The notes below the pieces were generated by a model that saw only the letters and a program-made list of their open reading frames with translations, made no database searches and was not told the DNA's origin. Below, piece by piece: positions 34,224 through 45,464 of a stretch of 64,000 nt of DNA. The DNA lies in the NCBI GenBank assembly GCA_977017575.1, contig CDRNVI010000047.1, forward strand, positions 1 through 64,000, written 5' to 3'. The position numbers were made by a program, and so were the translations under genes. The DNA is from Paramoeba atlantica (taxonomy: Eukaryota; Protista; Discosea). The first letter of the stretch is position 1. The number at the start of each line of letters is the position of its first letter.

Positions 34224-37200
34224 ATGTTGAATTGTTGGTTGTTGTTTTCCTATTCTTACTTTTCATGGGGATGTTTACCCGCAGCCGGGCGAAAGACACG
34301 GGAGTAGCTCCCGTCGTGCAGCCTCTGCCGCCGTCCCGCCGAAGGAAGAAACCGCCCGAGGAACGATCTCCAGTGGCACCGCCGTCGCCAACGTCGCCGC
34401 CGCCGCCGGCATCGCCGCCACCGCCAAGCGGTAGCCGCCAAGTCACTAATGCAACCCAAACGCCGCATCCCGCCGCCATCTCACCACATTCGCGACTGAC
34501 GTCACATCCCTTGGATGAATCGGTTCACGATCCGATCGCCTCCTCTATGCCACGTTTGTCATCGCCCTTGTCACCTCCTGAGTCACTGTCCAAGCCATCG
34601 GGACTTCCTCCACCACCCGATTCGCCGTCGCCCTCCCCTGGACGAAGCGCGTCAACTCTGTCTACAGGTTTTTCTACACGGCCGTCCTCACCTCAACGAC
34701 CTCCCTCGTCACCTCTTCCGGTAACACCGCCGGACTCCCCGAAAGCGAAACAAAAAACTGCTAAGTCGGAGTGTACAGTCAAAATTAAGAGTGCCATACT
34801 CTCTTCGGATTTCTTCAACCGTCGTCACAAAAAGCTAAATCTTGTCCAACATAGCATGCCACAAGACGACAGCCCAATAATTCGCCACCCACAGGGTTGC
34901 ATCAAGATGAAAAAAAACACAGCTAGAGAAACAGCTTTCACTAAGAGTAGCAAAGAACCGACCTACGCACAAGCAGCCACCCCTCCACCGAAAGAGCCCA
35001 CTACCCTTGACGAGCTCGTGTTAAGACCATTAAATCCATCGGCGGTAGCCAGAGACAATCTCCGCAAGAAAATTATGGAACTGCAAATATCCAACCAGAG
35101 AGGCAAAGAAAACGAAACTAGCGACAAGGAAAATTCAGAACACAGTGTAAGAGCACAAGCCATCGCACTGCACATGCACGGGGGTGATTCGAATAATAAC
35201 GAGCATATCATGCGCCTTGAAAAACTATACGGGGACTCAACGCCTGCGAAGCATACATCAGATAGTCAATCAGCATCACCAACACCATCCCCAGCTCAGG
35301 TTGAATTCCATGAATGCGAGTCTCCTACGCCCAAAGACTACACTCCCCAAGGACTACCCTCGCCACCTATTCCCGTAGACATTGAAGTCTCAAACGAAAG
35401 CAGATCTTCCATCATTTATTGTGAGAAGAGCGACAACGATACATATGTGGAAAACATCCTGAGCGCGATAAAACCAGAAGTGCAATTTCCACTTACATCT
35501 AAAGAAATAATTCAATCGTGCTCGAGTATCAAAAATGGAACAAACTGCACGATCGTTTGGACTTTCGACCGGCAAACCAAACTCAACATCTCTGAAGGAA
35601 CAGTAATGAAAATAAACAGTAGGGCCGGTAAAAAGAAAGTTACAATCCAATACAAAGGCGTTCGAGGACATCGCACTGGAGATACATTTGGTGGCTTTCT
35701 TCCACCACAAGAAAACATTCGAATCTATCAAATACAGTGGCATTGCACACCGATGGGCAAAGAGGCGGGCGAGCACGAAGAGGAGGGAGAACACGGAATA
35801 AACATGGAATCAACGCTTCACTCAAGCAATTGGGGTGAGGACGATGTTGATCATCTGCCCATTCCGACCGCCAAGACAATAAGCACAGATTACATTCCGA
35901 CAGTGATTGCAATATACCGCGATATCATGCAGACCTACGAAAGCAGCGACTATCCTCTAAGAAACAAAATCTGGAATAAAGTTCTTTCTGCCATGAAATT
36001 GTCCTTAGCCGCCGTACGACAGGCCAACGGCAGACGGAGACGACGACGACCGCTGACGCGTGATTCTATGAATCCTAATGGATCTGAAGAACACGAGGAA
36101 AAAGAACGCGAAGAAAAGGAAGATCTGCGAGCCATTAAAAAGGCCACGCGTCTTGCTCTAGAAGGTTGCGTTTCAAAGGCCACAAAGGTATTGGATCGTT
36201 CGTTCAACCGCAGCACCCTCACAGTTCAAGAAACAATGCAAAAATTACGGGAATTACATCCTGAACAATCTTGCGACTTTGCGGTCCCCGACGACGCCCC
36301 CATCATAGCAGCAATCTCCATCTACGAACTTCGAAGCGCTAGCAAGCGATTGGCCAAGGGAGTCAGTCCGGGACCCACAGGTACCACTGATAGCGTTATT
36401 AGGTTGCTCATTGACGATGAACCTTGTTGCAACAGTCTGTGCCACATGATGGGAGACCTTATCAACGGGTTTCTCTCGCGCCAAGTGATGCAGCGACTGA
36501 ATAGGGCTCGTCTCGTAGCAATTGCAAAGCCAGACGGTGGAGTTCGCCCCGTAGCTATCGGCGAAATTTTCGGCAAACTGGCGGGCTTAATACTTCTTCA
36601 AAGATATGAAAAAACGCTTGAGCCGTTATTCTCACCCATGCAACAGGGAGTCTTTTCGCAAGCCGGATGCGAGAGAATTGTACACAAGTTACGCGATCGC
36701 TACCTAGATGGACATACAATATTATCAGTTGATATGAAAAATGCATTTAATACACCATCCAGAAACGAACTGGCAAAAAGCGTTTTCGCTTTTGCAACCC
36801 TAAAACCCTTCCAAAGATTCTTCGCAGCAGAATACTCGGAGCCTTCCGATCTACTCTACTACGGGTCTGATGGGAATTTGGCTGGCATTATTCCGAGTTC
36901 GGCTGGTGTGAGACAGGGCTCTGCTCTGGCAAGTCTGTATTTCTGTGTCTTCTGCCAACCCATACTCGAAACGCTCGCTTCAGAATATCCCGCAGTAGAA
37001 ATAAACGCGTACATCGACGACATTACGCTTGTTTCTCGTGACCCTTCCAATCTGGAGAAGGCGTTCTTCAGATTAAAAGACCTGTTGAAAGATAAACGAG
37101 TACTATTAGCTGAATCAAAATGCGTGTGGTATCAAGGAACTTCAGATCATGGAATCCCAATGGCCCTCCACGAACAGGGAGTCAAGACAGAGACGGAGGC

Positions 37201-38723
37201 CATAAAAATACTGGGAGCTCATATCGGCGACAACGAAACGGTCAGTGAACGTCTGCTTCGGCAAATTAGCAAATACGAAACCGGGTTTCGGCGACTAAAG
37301 AAAATGGGAATAAACAACATCTCCCTGTTGTTGTTATCCAAATGCGTAAACGTTAGGCTACAGTATTTGATGAGGGTGCATGAAGCGAATGCAACGGATA
37401 AAGCATCCTTGCAGTTCGACCACCAGGTTGAAAGTATTGTGGAAGCTTGGGTGGGATCCCTTTCCTCGTCACAGAAGAAAATTATGCGCTTACCAGTCAA
37501 AAAGGGAGGTTTCGGTTTAACGGCGTACAATCCTCATCGTGAGAATGCTTATGCGGCCTCGCGCTTTTCGGTTCTTGAGCACCAAAGTTCATCTTCAGTT
37601 CGGACCGACAAAGACATGGCAACCGCACACCCTTGCATTCCGAAAGCAACTAACCTAAAAATTACACCAGTTGACAACCAGACAGCCAACGCAATTCACC
37701 ACGATGAAGCTCTGAAAGAGTTGCAACAAGACCCTGAACTCAAACTAATCTTGCAAGCGAACTCATTTAAAGGCAATAACGACTGGCTTCTGTCACACGC
37801 CCGATACATACCGTCTCATCTGTTCAAGCTTGCCATTATGCCCAGACTTAATGCTCACCATCAAGACCTTCCCTCAAGCCTTCTATGCCCCGGATGCAGT
37901 ATGATACTGAATAATCGAAGCGCTCTTTTTCATATCTCAGGCTGCTCCCAATGCTCCGGATTTAACACAACGATGAAACACAATTCGCTCGTAACCTTTA
38001 TACAACGTCTTTGCCACAAAGCGGGTTTACCCTGCGAAAAAGAGCCCAGAGCTTTCTCTTCCTGGAAATGTCTGACATGCGGAATTAGCATTAACCCAGA
38101 AAATCGATCAACGCACCAGAAAGTATGCGCTGGAAGGCGTCTATGCCGCTCTGGTCCGGACCTGGTCATTTACTGGAATACTGGCGAAGTCTTTTATGAC
38201 CTTACGGTCATACACGAGCTCTCAGTCACGAATCGCTCCAAAAAGTGCACCCAACTAATGAACGAAGCTATCAAAAAGAAAATCAACACATACGTTAAAA
38301 CCGAACTCATAAGGGAGGAATGCTTCGAGTGTCTGCCAGTGTTGTCCGGGGGTGCTCTCCACCGAAACACTCAAAGACTAATCCAAGTTCTAGCTGATGC
38401 AGCAGGAATTGATCGTCAACTGGCGGAATTGGATTTCAAGCTTTTGGTGCAGGAGTTGAACGGTATCGAAGTATACTCTCAACTTCGAAAATATCTTGAT
38501 GGAAACCGTGACACTCTAGAATTTAGTTTATAATAGATAAAAGACAACATTTCAACTTCCCGCTTTATTGTGGGAGATTACTCCAGAGATTATCGTTACT
38601 TATAATAAAAAGAAAGGTATCCTATTGATGAAGAAAGATATAAAAAATGTATTATTTCGAACGGATGCGTTTCAATGTACCGATTTGCATCGGTTAAGAA
38701 CAAAAAAAAAAAGCATTTCTTTG
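34224..38723 (+). mobile_element. Full-length D-type RLE retrotransposon inserted into F
   Basis: GTAT overlap 34220-34223 / 38724-38727; A-tail 38702-38712. Confidence 0.88.
34265..38533 (+). CDS. Pro-rich N-terminus + beta-rich domain + RT + Zn fingers + RLE polyprotein
   Basis: MGMFTRSRAK start; GVSPGPTG, RPVAIGE, DMKNAFN, GVRQGSALASLYFC, AYIDD; CPGC..HISGC, KHN, RSGPDL..YDLTV. Confidence 0.93.
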   Translation: MGMFTRSRAKDTGVAPVVQPLPPSRRRKKPPEERSPVAPPSPTSPPPPASPPPPSGSRQVTNATQTPHPAAISPHSRLTSHPLDESVHDPIASSMPRLSSPLSPPESLSKPSGLPPPPDSPSPSPGRSASTLSTGFSTRPSSPQRPPSSPLPVTPPDSPKAKQKTAKSECTVKIKSAILSSDFFNRRHKKLNLVQHSMPQDDSPIIRHPQGCIKMKKNTARETAFTKSSKEPTYAQAATPPPKEPTTLDELVLRPLNPSAVARDNLRKKIMELQISNQRGKENETSDKENSEHSVRAQAIALHMHGGDSNNNEHIMRLEKLYGDSTPAKHTSDSQSASPTPSPAQVEFHECESPTPKDYTPQGLPSPPIPVDIEVSNESRSSIIYCEKSDNDTYVENILSAIKPEVQFPLTSKEIIQSCSSIKNGTNCTIVWTFDRQTKLNISEGTVMKINSRAGKKKVTIQYKGVRGHRTGDTFGGFLPPQENIRIYQIQWHCTPMGKEAGEHEEEGEHGINMESTLHSSNWGEDDVDHLPIPTAKTISTDYIPTVIAIYRDIMQTYESSDYPLRNKIWNKVLSAMKLSLAAVRQANGRRRRRRPLTRDSMNPNGSEEHEEKEREEKEDLRAIKKATRLALEGCVSKATKVLDRSFNRSTLTVQETMQKLRELHPEQSCDFAVPDDAPIIAAISIYELRSASKRLAKGVSPGPTGTTDSVIRLLIDDEPCCNSLCHMMGDLINGFLSRQVMQRLNRARLVAIAKPDGGVRPVAIGEIFGKLAGLILLQRYEKTLEPLFSPMQQGVFSQAGCERIVHKLRDRYLDGHTILSVDMKNAFNTPSRNELAKSVFAFATLKPFQRFFAAEYSEPSDLLYYGSDGNLAGIIPSSAGVRQGSALASLYFCVFCQPILETLASEYPAVEINAYIDDITLVSRDPSNLEKAFFRLKDLLKDKRVLLAESKCVWYQGTSDHGIPMALHEQGVKTETEAIKILGAHIGDNETVSERLLRQISKYETGFRRLKKMGINNISLLLLSKCVNVRLQYLMRVHEANATDKASLQFDHQVESIVEAWVGSLSSSQKKIMRLPVKKGGFGLTAYNPHRENAYAASRFSVLEHQSSSSVRTDKDMATAHPCIPKATNLKITPVDNQTANAIHHDEALKELQQDPELKLILQANSFKGNNDWLLSHARYIPSHLFKLAIMPRLNAHHQDLPSSLLCPGCSMILNNRSALFHISGCSQCSGFNTTMKHNSLVTFIQRLCHKAGLPCEKEPRAFSSWKCLTCGISINPENRSTHQKVCAGRRLCRSGPDLVIYWNTGEVFYDLTVIHELSVTNRSKKCTQLMNEAIKKKINTYVKTELIREECFECLPVLSGGALHRNTQRLIQVLADAAGIDRQLAELDFKLLVQELNGIEVYSQLRKYLDGNRDTLEFSL

Positions 38724-39520
38724 GTATTCATCTAATCTGTTGCATTGGCAAACTATTCTTCTCATGTTGTTAACTTCAACGTCAATTCTTCGGAGCATGG
38801 ATTTTGAAATAGAAAGTGCACCTGTCCCAAAGTTTAGCACCGGATATACTATTGAATCGTAGAGGCGCAGCTTAGTCTCCGGGCTAAGTGGTGAAGACCA
38901 AATACCATTCATTCGAAAGAGAGATCCCCAAGCTAGTTTCAATCGATCTTTAACTGTAGATGTAAAATCATTTTCCTGCCGATGCCCTAAGTGTTTGTAA
39001 GACGTAACTTTCGGAATCATCCCCGAGAATTTGCTGTTCAGGCTCTCGCCGCTCATTTGAGATTTACCAAAAGTTAACCAGGCTGTCTTGTTTGCTCCGA
39101 CGGCTAGTTTCAGATTAGCTTTGCGTGACTCTTCAGCTACATTGTCTATCATATTTGTCAAACCACTCTTCGTGTCACTAAATAACGCTATATCGTCCGC
39201 ATACTCAATGTCACTCAGGCGCTTTTCATGAAGACCCCGCTTTCTTGTACCCCTAGAGCTGAGAAGAACCCCGTCTGATTTTCCATCTAGTGCTTTATTG
39301 AGAATTCTATCTAACACCATAACGAACAGATAAGGCGCCAATACATCACCTTGAAGTATTCCTGTAGTGATAGGGAAAGGTTTCGTGATTCCAATAGAAG
39401 TTCGTACAGTGCCTTTCAGCTCATCGTATATAGACATTATCATCTTAGAAAGACATGGACCTACTCGAAATGCATGCAAACTAGCTTTAATAGCAGCGAA
39501 CGATACCGAAGGAAATGCTT
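38724..39520 (-). pseudogene. Family F RT middle segment
   Basis: LQGDVLAPYLF, IEYADD; overlaps 63185..63321 at near identity. Confidence 0.88.
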
Positions 39521-40520
39521 ATCAACATGAAATGTTTTTCAACATGAAAAGGATTGGAAAGAATTGCTTCTAAATCCCGAACTTAAGCCCATACTTCAAG
39601 CCACTTCTTTCAAAGGCAACAACGACTGGCTCACGTCACATGTACGAAGTATACCGTCACACCTATTTAAGCTTGCGGTTATGCCTAGGCTAAATGCTCA
39701 ACATCAAAATCTTCCGACCAACCTTCTTTGCCCGGGATGTGGCATTGTTCTCGACAATCGGAATGCTCTGTCACATATCCCAGGATGCGTTCAATGCTCA
39801 GGATTCAATTCAACGGCGAAGCACAATGCACTTGTTACATTTCTACAGCGACTATGCCACAAAGCTGGATTGCCATGTGAAAAGGAACCCAGAGCTTTCT
39901 CGTCATGGAAATGTCTGCAGTGCGGAGATATAATTAGTCCAAGCAATCACGTAACTCATCAGAAAGTTTGCACTGGAAGACGGCTATGCCGATCCGGACC
40001 GGATCTCGTTATTTATTGGAACAACGGCGAGGTATACTATGACTTAACCGTAATACACGAGCTTTCGCAGAGCAATAGGTCTAAAAAATGCATCCAACTA
40101 ATCAACGACGCGATCAAAAGAAAACACAACACGTACGTGCAGACGAATATTATACGAGAAGAATGCTTCCAATGCTTGCCTGTTCTGTCCGGAGGTTCTT
40201 TACATCGCAACACGCAAAGTCTGATCCATGCGATAGCAGATGCCGCCTTACTAGACCGGCAGGGGGTTGAACAGGAATTTAAACTACTGGTGCAGGAATT
40301 AAATGGTCTAGAAGTTTATTCCCACCTTCGGAAATACCTAAACGAAGAAGGCGCTACGCAGGAATTCAGTCTATAAATCAGCTCATTGGTTTTTATATCA
40401 TAATACGAAATATTACACAGCTTGCAAAGTCGCGCAAGCCTTATATAAGCCTTATCTCTGATCCGTCATTGTGGAAGAATGCAATGACAGGGGTCTTACA
40501 AAAAAAAAAAAAAAAAAAAA
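39521..40520 (+). mobile_element. 5'-truncated D-type element (Zn fingers + RLE, ORF 39564..40376) with poly(A)
   Basis: CPGC..HIPGC, KHN, RSGPDL; A-tail 40500-40521. Confidence 0.88.
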
Positions 40521-43500
40521 ACGATAAAGATACAGTTTCTGTACCTTGTTGAATTATTTTTATTAACCCACTATTTTCCCTAGCAGGGTCTCACCATGCC
40601 ACACGACGACCTCTTCGATGCGAATGCAGTACCCATGGACGACGACTCTTTCCGTCAGGAAGAAATTTCGCACAACACGGGTGCTTGGGACCAATTTGCA
40701 GGAAACGCACATTTAATTCCCGGTCAGAGCTCCTACGATGAACTCTTGTACACAACACCGATTCCCAAACATATCCCCAAACACTGGGCAAAAAGAGCCG
40801 CCAAGATCGCCGGAGAGGCTCCCACGCCGGACACGGGAAGAATGACGGAAGATGAAGAGACGAATCACTCCCTCGTCGTGGAAGCAAGCCCGAGAAACAC
40901 ACCGGAGGTTCCTGACGCCCAAGTACCTTCTCCAAACAAGGCCTCGAAGCGCAAGAACATAAATCCGGTACCGATCCCGCAGCACTGTACTCAGCGCGTA
41001 TGCCCAGCTGAAGGATGCACTTGGAAGACTCCTCCTCACGGTGGGCAATGGCAAGCATTTTACAATCATGTGGCCCACCGACACGGAGAAAGCGTACCAA
41101 CCACTTGGTGGGAGGGGGAGGGAAGATTTCTTTGCAAGGACTGCTGCAGGCACTACGATAAGAACAAGGAGAATTCTCACCCCAAACAGTGCAAAGGCCG
41201 TAACCACCCCGTGCGATCTCAAACCCCACCTAGGCCAACGACAAGTCTCGAAAATGCAACTGAAATTCCTCCAGAAAACATGCTACCAACGTTGAGCTCT
41301 ATCTGCGCGCTGCCCATAAGCACATGCAAAGATGTCCCCCATTCCTGTAGGTTTCTATGGGCGAGCATTTTGACACAGGTCATGACATCTGCTGTGCAAG
41401 AAAACACAGTGGAGGCATGGACGTTACTGGCAATGCTCCCTAAATGCGTCTTACCTGCACCTTACCGAGGCGGTCGCAAAGGACACACGTCATACTCTAC
41501 ATACGTGGAAAAAAGCATGGAACTCTGGCTAGAAGGGGAGTACCTCTTGCTCTGGGAACAGGCCCTAAAGGATCACGCCAAAAAACGCTCCAAGCCTAGA
41601 AGTTCCGAAAATGAAGAAGAAAGAGCGGCAATCAGGGCAGAAATACTGTCACGTCAAGGGGAATACTCTAGGGGAATAGCCGCTCTAACCGCAGCACCCA
41701 TGGCGCCGGACAACGAGGAGACCCTTGCGAAGCTTCTAGAAAAGCACCCAAATCCTCACGAAAACCCACTTGAGAACGATCTTCCACCGATTGAGGGTAA
41801 TCCCCTGCGTCTGGAGGAAGTGGAAGTCAGGAAAGCGGTCGAAAGTTTTCGCAGAGGGTCTTCTGCCGGAACAATGGGTCTACGTCCAGAACACATCCAG
41901 GCCGCCATTTTGGAACACGCCAACAAGAAGGTGGGTCCTCTTTCGTCCCTCACTCGCCTCGTGAACCACATGCTCCAAGGAAAGGCACCGCCAGAGGTAC
42001 AACTGTTCTACGCTGGAGCCCGTCTCTGCGCTCTGGAGAAAGGTGAAGAAGATGTCCGACCCATAGCAGCAGGCGAAACCCTCAGACGTCTAGTAAGCAA
42101 AGCGGCATGCGTCGCCGTAAAGGAGAAGGCTGAAACTTTATTCCGGGGAAGACAGTATGGTGTGACTGCATCCGCGGGGGCCGAACGAGTAATTCATCTG
42201 TGCCGGAAAACAATGCTAAACAACATGGGGAGCGACAGTCTTGTTCTCTGTAAGGTAGACCTCAGAAATGCGTTCAACAACGTCAGCAGACCTGTCTTCA
42301 CTTTGCTCACACGTCTCAATTTTCCAGAACTTTCACCCTGGGTGGAATGGTGCTACACAAACCCGAGTTGTCTTACCTACGGGAATCACTTCCTATCCTC
42401 AGCCGAAGGCGTCCAGCAAGGTGACCCATTGGGTCCGCTTCTCTTCTCTCTAGTCCTTTCTGGGGTAACCGAGGAAATATCATCCCGATCAAACCTAGAT
42501 TCGCAACTATGGTATTTGGACGACGGAGTTCTCATGGGGGAGGCGGCGGAGGTTCGAAAGGCGCTTGATGTTTTTTCCGAGGTTGGTTCACAATGCGGGC
42601 TATTTCTGAATCCGAACAAGTGTGAAATAATAACGCCACCTGCCTCAGCCCATCACACGACTTTATTTCCGGAAATACCTACCGCCAAAATTCGTGTTGA
42701 CGGGAATTTCGATATTCTCGGATCCCCGATTGGGTCTGCGGAGCACTGCGCGGAGTTCCTAATGTCTCACGCCATCGAACCCGCACGCGAGACTCTCGCA
42801 GCAATAGGGCTAATAGGCGATCCACAAGTTGCCATCGCCCTCATCCGCCAGTGCACTGGCTTCTGCCAAATGGTGTACGCTCTCCGCACCACACCCCCCC
42901 AGGCTCTTTTTCAACTTTGTAGCCTACTAGACGAAACCGTTCTTAAAGCTGTCGAGTGGGCACTTTTCCCCCTGGAACCCCACGCACGTGACCAAATCCA
43001 ACGAAGGAAACGCCACGGAGGTTTCGGCCTTAGGTCTGCAACACTCCACGCGACAGCCGCTTACGTTTCTTCCGTCGCGCACGCCGCCGACATAGACGAC
43101 TGGGATCCTACAGAGGCTGATGGATTCGCCATTTCGGTACAAGACGTAAACCGTAAAGCAGGAGTAGCGCTAGTGGATCCCAACACGGGGCGCACACCCA
43201 AGCAGGACAAGCCACTCCCATACTCAGGCCACCATCACAACTTCCTCCCGAAAAGGAAACGCCCACGGAGCACTCAAAACAAAATGGAAGCGGACAGGGC
43301 AACCGCGCCGGAGATGGTCATCCCTCGACAGCAGCAACTCAGCCAGGCTATCTCACAGCAGGAATTCACCACAGCATACGAGCAGGCTGACCCTCGCACT
43401 CGCGCACGGTGGGTTTCAGAGTCGGGTAAGGGAGCAGGTAGCTGGGCTTTCGTGACGCCCTCTAGGAGCAAAGGATACGCCTTCACACCAACAGAGTTCC

Positions 43501-44722
43501 GCACGCTGTCCCGCTGGTGGCTGGGATCCGACATCTATCAAGAAGATCGCCCTTGCCCAGCGAAGGGATGCATATTACCTCTGCAGAAAAATGGGGAACA
43601 TGCATTGTTATGTAAGAACGGACATGGCCTCATCACCCGTCACAACGCGGTCTGTGAGCAATTCACAGCATTCTGCAGAAAAGCCGACATAGCTCCGCAA
43701 AGGGAGAAAAGCCTGGGAAATCGTGGTCCAAGAGGGGGTCTCACCAGACCTGCTGACGTGTTTCTCCCGAATTACACCCTGGGAAGTGGTATGGTGTTAG
43801 ACTTCGCAGTCACCCACGCACAGCAACTAAAGTATTTGGACTCTGTCCGGAATGCTAGCTGGGTGGCTGCGGGATCTTTCGCTGAACACTACTCAGCAAC
43901 GAAGGATAAACAACGCCAGGAAGCGGAGGAAGCGAAATTACTTTTTACGGCCATGGTAGTTGAATCCTTTGGCTCGTGGAGTAAAAGCGCGATGGCTGTT
44001 TTGTGGAAGGTGGGGGCGTTACGCGCAAACGCGTCAAACGGTCTACTCACAGACACTCAAGCCCGAAATGACCTTCTCAAAGAGCTGAACGTGGCTCTCA
44101 TGCGCTCCCAGGCCCGGATGATGGTCTCTAGGATAGTCGTCAGTGACCCTGACGCTCCCCTGGAAGGGGCCTAAGGGATCTCGGGAATACCCACTGGGAC
44201 ATAAACCGCTGGTCCGGATGCTGGTCGGTGCCGACAGGGTCTATGCTCACGCCTAGTCTGTCAGGGCTAGGTACCCCAAGTGAGGTAGGACAAGGGTAGG
44301 GAACTTTGTTCCTCCCCGTCGGCCAGCATCATGCTCCGCGACCGTGCCGCTGTCGGCACAGGCCCATTGCTTGCGCCCTCTCGTACAACAAGAGAAGGGT
44401 TAACAAGGCAAGCTGGGAGTGGTCGAAAGACCCGGTTCGGAACATGCATGAGGAAGATGGGAGCGCGAATGGATTGGAGAAGACCTCGCCTCCCCCCTTC
44501 TTTATCATCAAAAACCCTCTTGTGGCGTAGGTGCGAGGCGAGGCAGAGGGAGACCTTACCCTCCCTGGAAAGGTGGAAGTTCGGTAAGGGGAAGTGGGAA
44601 AGTTGGGAAGTGGGAAAGTTGGGAAGTGGGAAGGTTGGGAAGTGGGAAAGTTGGTTTGCTAGTTTTTATATAGTTGTTAAAAAGAGGAAAAAGATTTAAA
44701 TAAAGAAAAAAAAAAAAAAAAA
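40520..44722 (+). mobile_element. Full-length CRE-like RLE retrotransposon C
   Basis: SL nt 8-39 at 40520..40551; A-tail 44706-44722; 3'UTR structure shared with A. Confidence 0.92.
40596..44174 (+). CDS. LsmAD-like + C2H2/C2HC fingers + RT + CCHC + RLE polyprotein
   Basis: WDQFAGN..YDELLYTT; CPAEGC..HVAHRH; GVQQGDPLGP, YLDDG; CPAKGC..HALLC, RHN, RPADV..LDFAV. Confidence 0.93.
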   Translation: MPHDDLFDANAVPMDDDSFRQEEISHNTGAWDQFAGNAHLIPGQSSYDELLYTTPIPKHIPKHWAKRAAKIAGEAPTPDTGRMTEDEETNHSLVVEASPRNTPEVPDAQVPSPNKASKRKNINPVPIPQHCTQRVCPAEGCTWKTPPHGGQWQAFYNHVAHRHGESVPTTWWEGEGRFLCKDCCRHYDKNKENSHPKQCKGRNHPVRSQTPPRPTTSLENATEIPPENMLPTLSSICALPISTCKDVPHSCRFLWASILTQVMTSAVQENTVEAWTLLAMLPKCVLPAPYRGGRKGHTSYSTYVEKSMELWLEGEYLLLWEQALKDHAKKRSKPRSSENEEERAAIRAEILSRQGEYSRGIAALTAAPMAPDNEETLAKLLEKHPNPHENPLENDLPPIEGNPLRLEEVEVRKAVESFRRGSSAGTMGLRPEHIQAAILEHANKKVGPLSSLTRLVNHMLQGKAPPEVQLFYAGARLCALEKGEEDVRPIAAGETLRRLVSKAACVAVKEKAETLFRGRQYGVTASAGAERVIHLCRKTMLNNMGSDSLVLCKVDLRNAFNNVSRPVFTLLTRLNFPELSPWVEWCYTNPSCLTYGNHFLSSAEGVQQGDPLGPLLFSLVLSGVTEEISSRSNLDSQLWYLDDGVLMGEAAEVRKALDVFSEVGSQCGLFLNPNKCEIITPPASAHHTTLFPEIPTAKIRVDGNFDILGSPIGSAEHCAEFLMSHAIEPARETLAAIGLIGDPQVAIALIRQCTGFCQMVYALRTTPPQALFQLCSLLDETVLKAVEWALFPLEPHARDQIQRRKRHGGFGLRSATLHATAAYVSSVAHAADIDDWDPTEADGFAISVQDVNRKAGVALVDPNTGRTPKQDKPLPYSGHHHNFLPKRKRPRSTQNKMEADRATAPEMVIPRQQQLSQAISQQEFTTAYEQADPRTRARWVSESGKGAGSWAFVTPSRSKGYAFTPTEFRTLSRWWLGSDIYQEDRPCPAKGCILPLQKNGEHALLCKNGHGLITRHNAVCEQFTAFCRKADIAPQREKSLGNRGPRGGLTRPADVFLPNYTLGSGMVLDFAVTHAQQLKYLDSVRNASWVAAGSFAEHYSATKDKQRQEAEEAKLLFTAMVVESFGSWSKSAMAVLWKVGALRANASNGLLTDTQARNDLLKELNVALMRSQARMMVSRIVVSDPDAPLEGA

Positions 44723-45037
44723 TACATCTCCCCCAACCCCCCACAGAACGGACGAGTTCTGTAACCATACGCGATCACAGACACTGAAATGAGTTAGACT
44801 GTGGGTATTAGGGTGCCTTCGGTCCAGCCCAACAGCTGCATACACTATGATTACGATACTAGACTCAGCGATTGGACGAACTAGCGAATAGGGAGGCAAA
44901 AAAAAAAAAAAAAAAAAAAAAAATAATTTGATTGCTTGTTTACAAATCATATACCCCCCCCAATGGACCTTCATGGTTCATGTATTGGGTAATATAGAGG
45001 CAATGCCGCGTTTCATACTTCTCCCCCCTTATTAATC

Positions 45038-45073
<36 letters not shown>

Positions 45074-45464
45074 CTGTTTCGCGACCGTGTCGCTGTCGAC
45101 ACAGGCCCGCGCCTGCGCCCTCCCATATAACAAGGGAAGGGTTCACAAGTCAGGCCGTGGAGAGGTCGAAAGACCCGGTCCGGAACGCGCGAATGGATTG
45201 GGCATGGATTGCTTGTTTTAATTTTTACTGTTTTTCTTGTTTGTAGTATATACTTAGGGGAGACTAAATTGCTAGTTTTGGGCTGAGAAAAAAGGTACAT
45301 CTGTGGACAGAAAAAGAATTGCTAATTTGATTGTTTGTTTTCAATTCGTATACCCCCCCCCCCAATGGACCTACTTGGTTCGTCTACTGGGTCAAAATAT
45401 AGAGGCAATGCCGCGATTCATACTTCTCCCCCCTTATTAATTGCAAAAAAAAAAAAAAAAAAAA
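44723..45464 (+). other. Stack of three short poly(A)-tailed fragments (unknown 44723-44923; A-family 3' ends 44924-45070 and 45071-45464)
   Basis: Each ends in an A-run; the last two match A1/A2 3'UTR sequence. Confidence 0.8.

Noticed and set aside
40500-40551. Site-specific insertion into SL sequences within this window
   Set aside because: Poly(A)-SL junctions fall at different SL positions (nt 4 versus 8-10), no upstream SL TSD is seen, and the TSD-defined targets share no clear consensus
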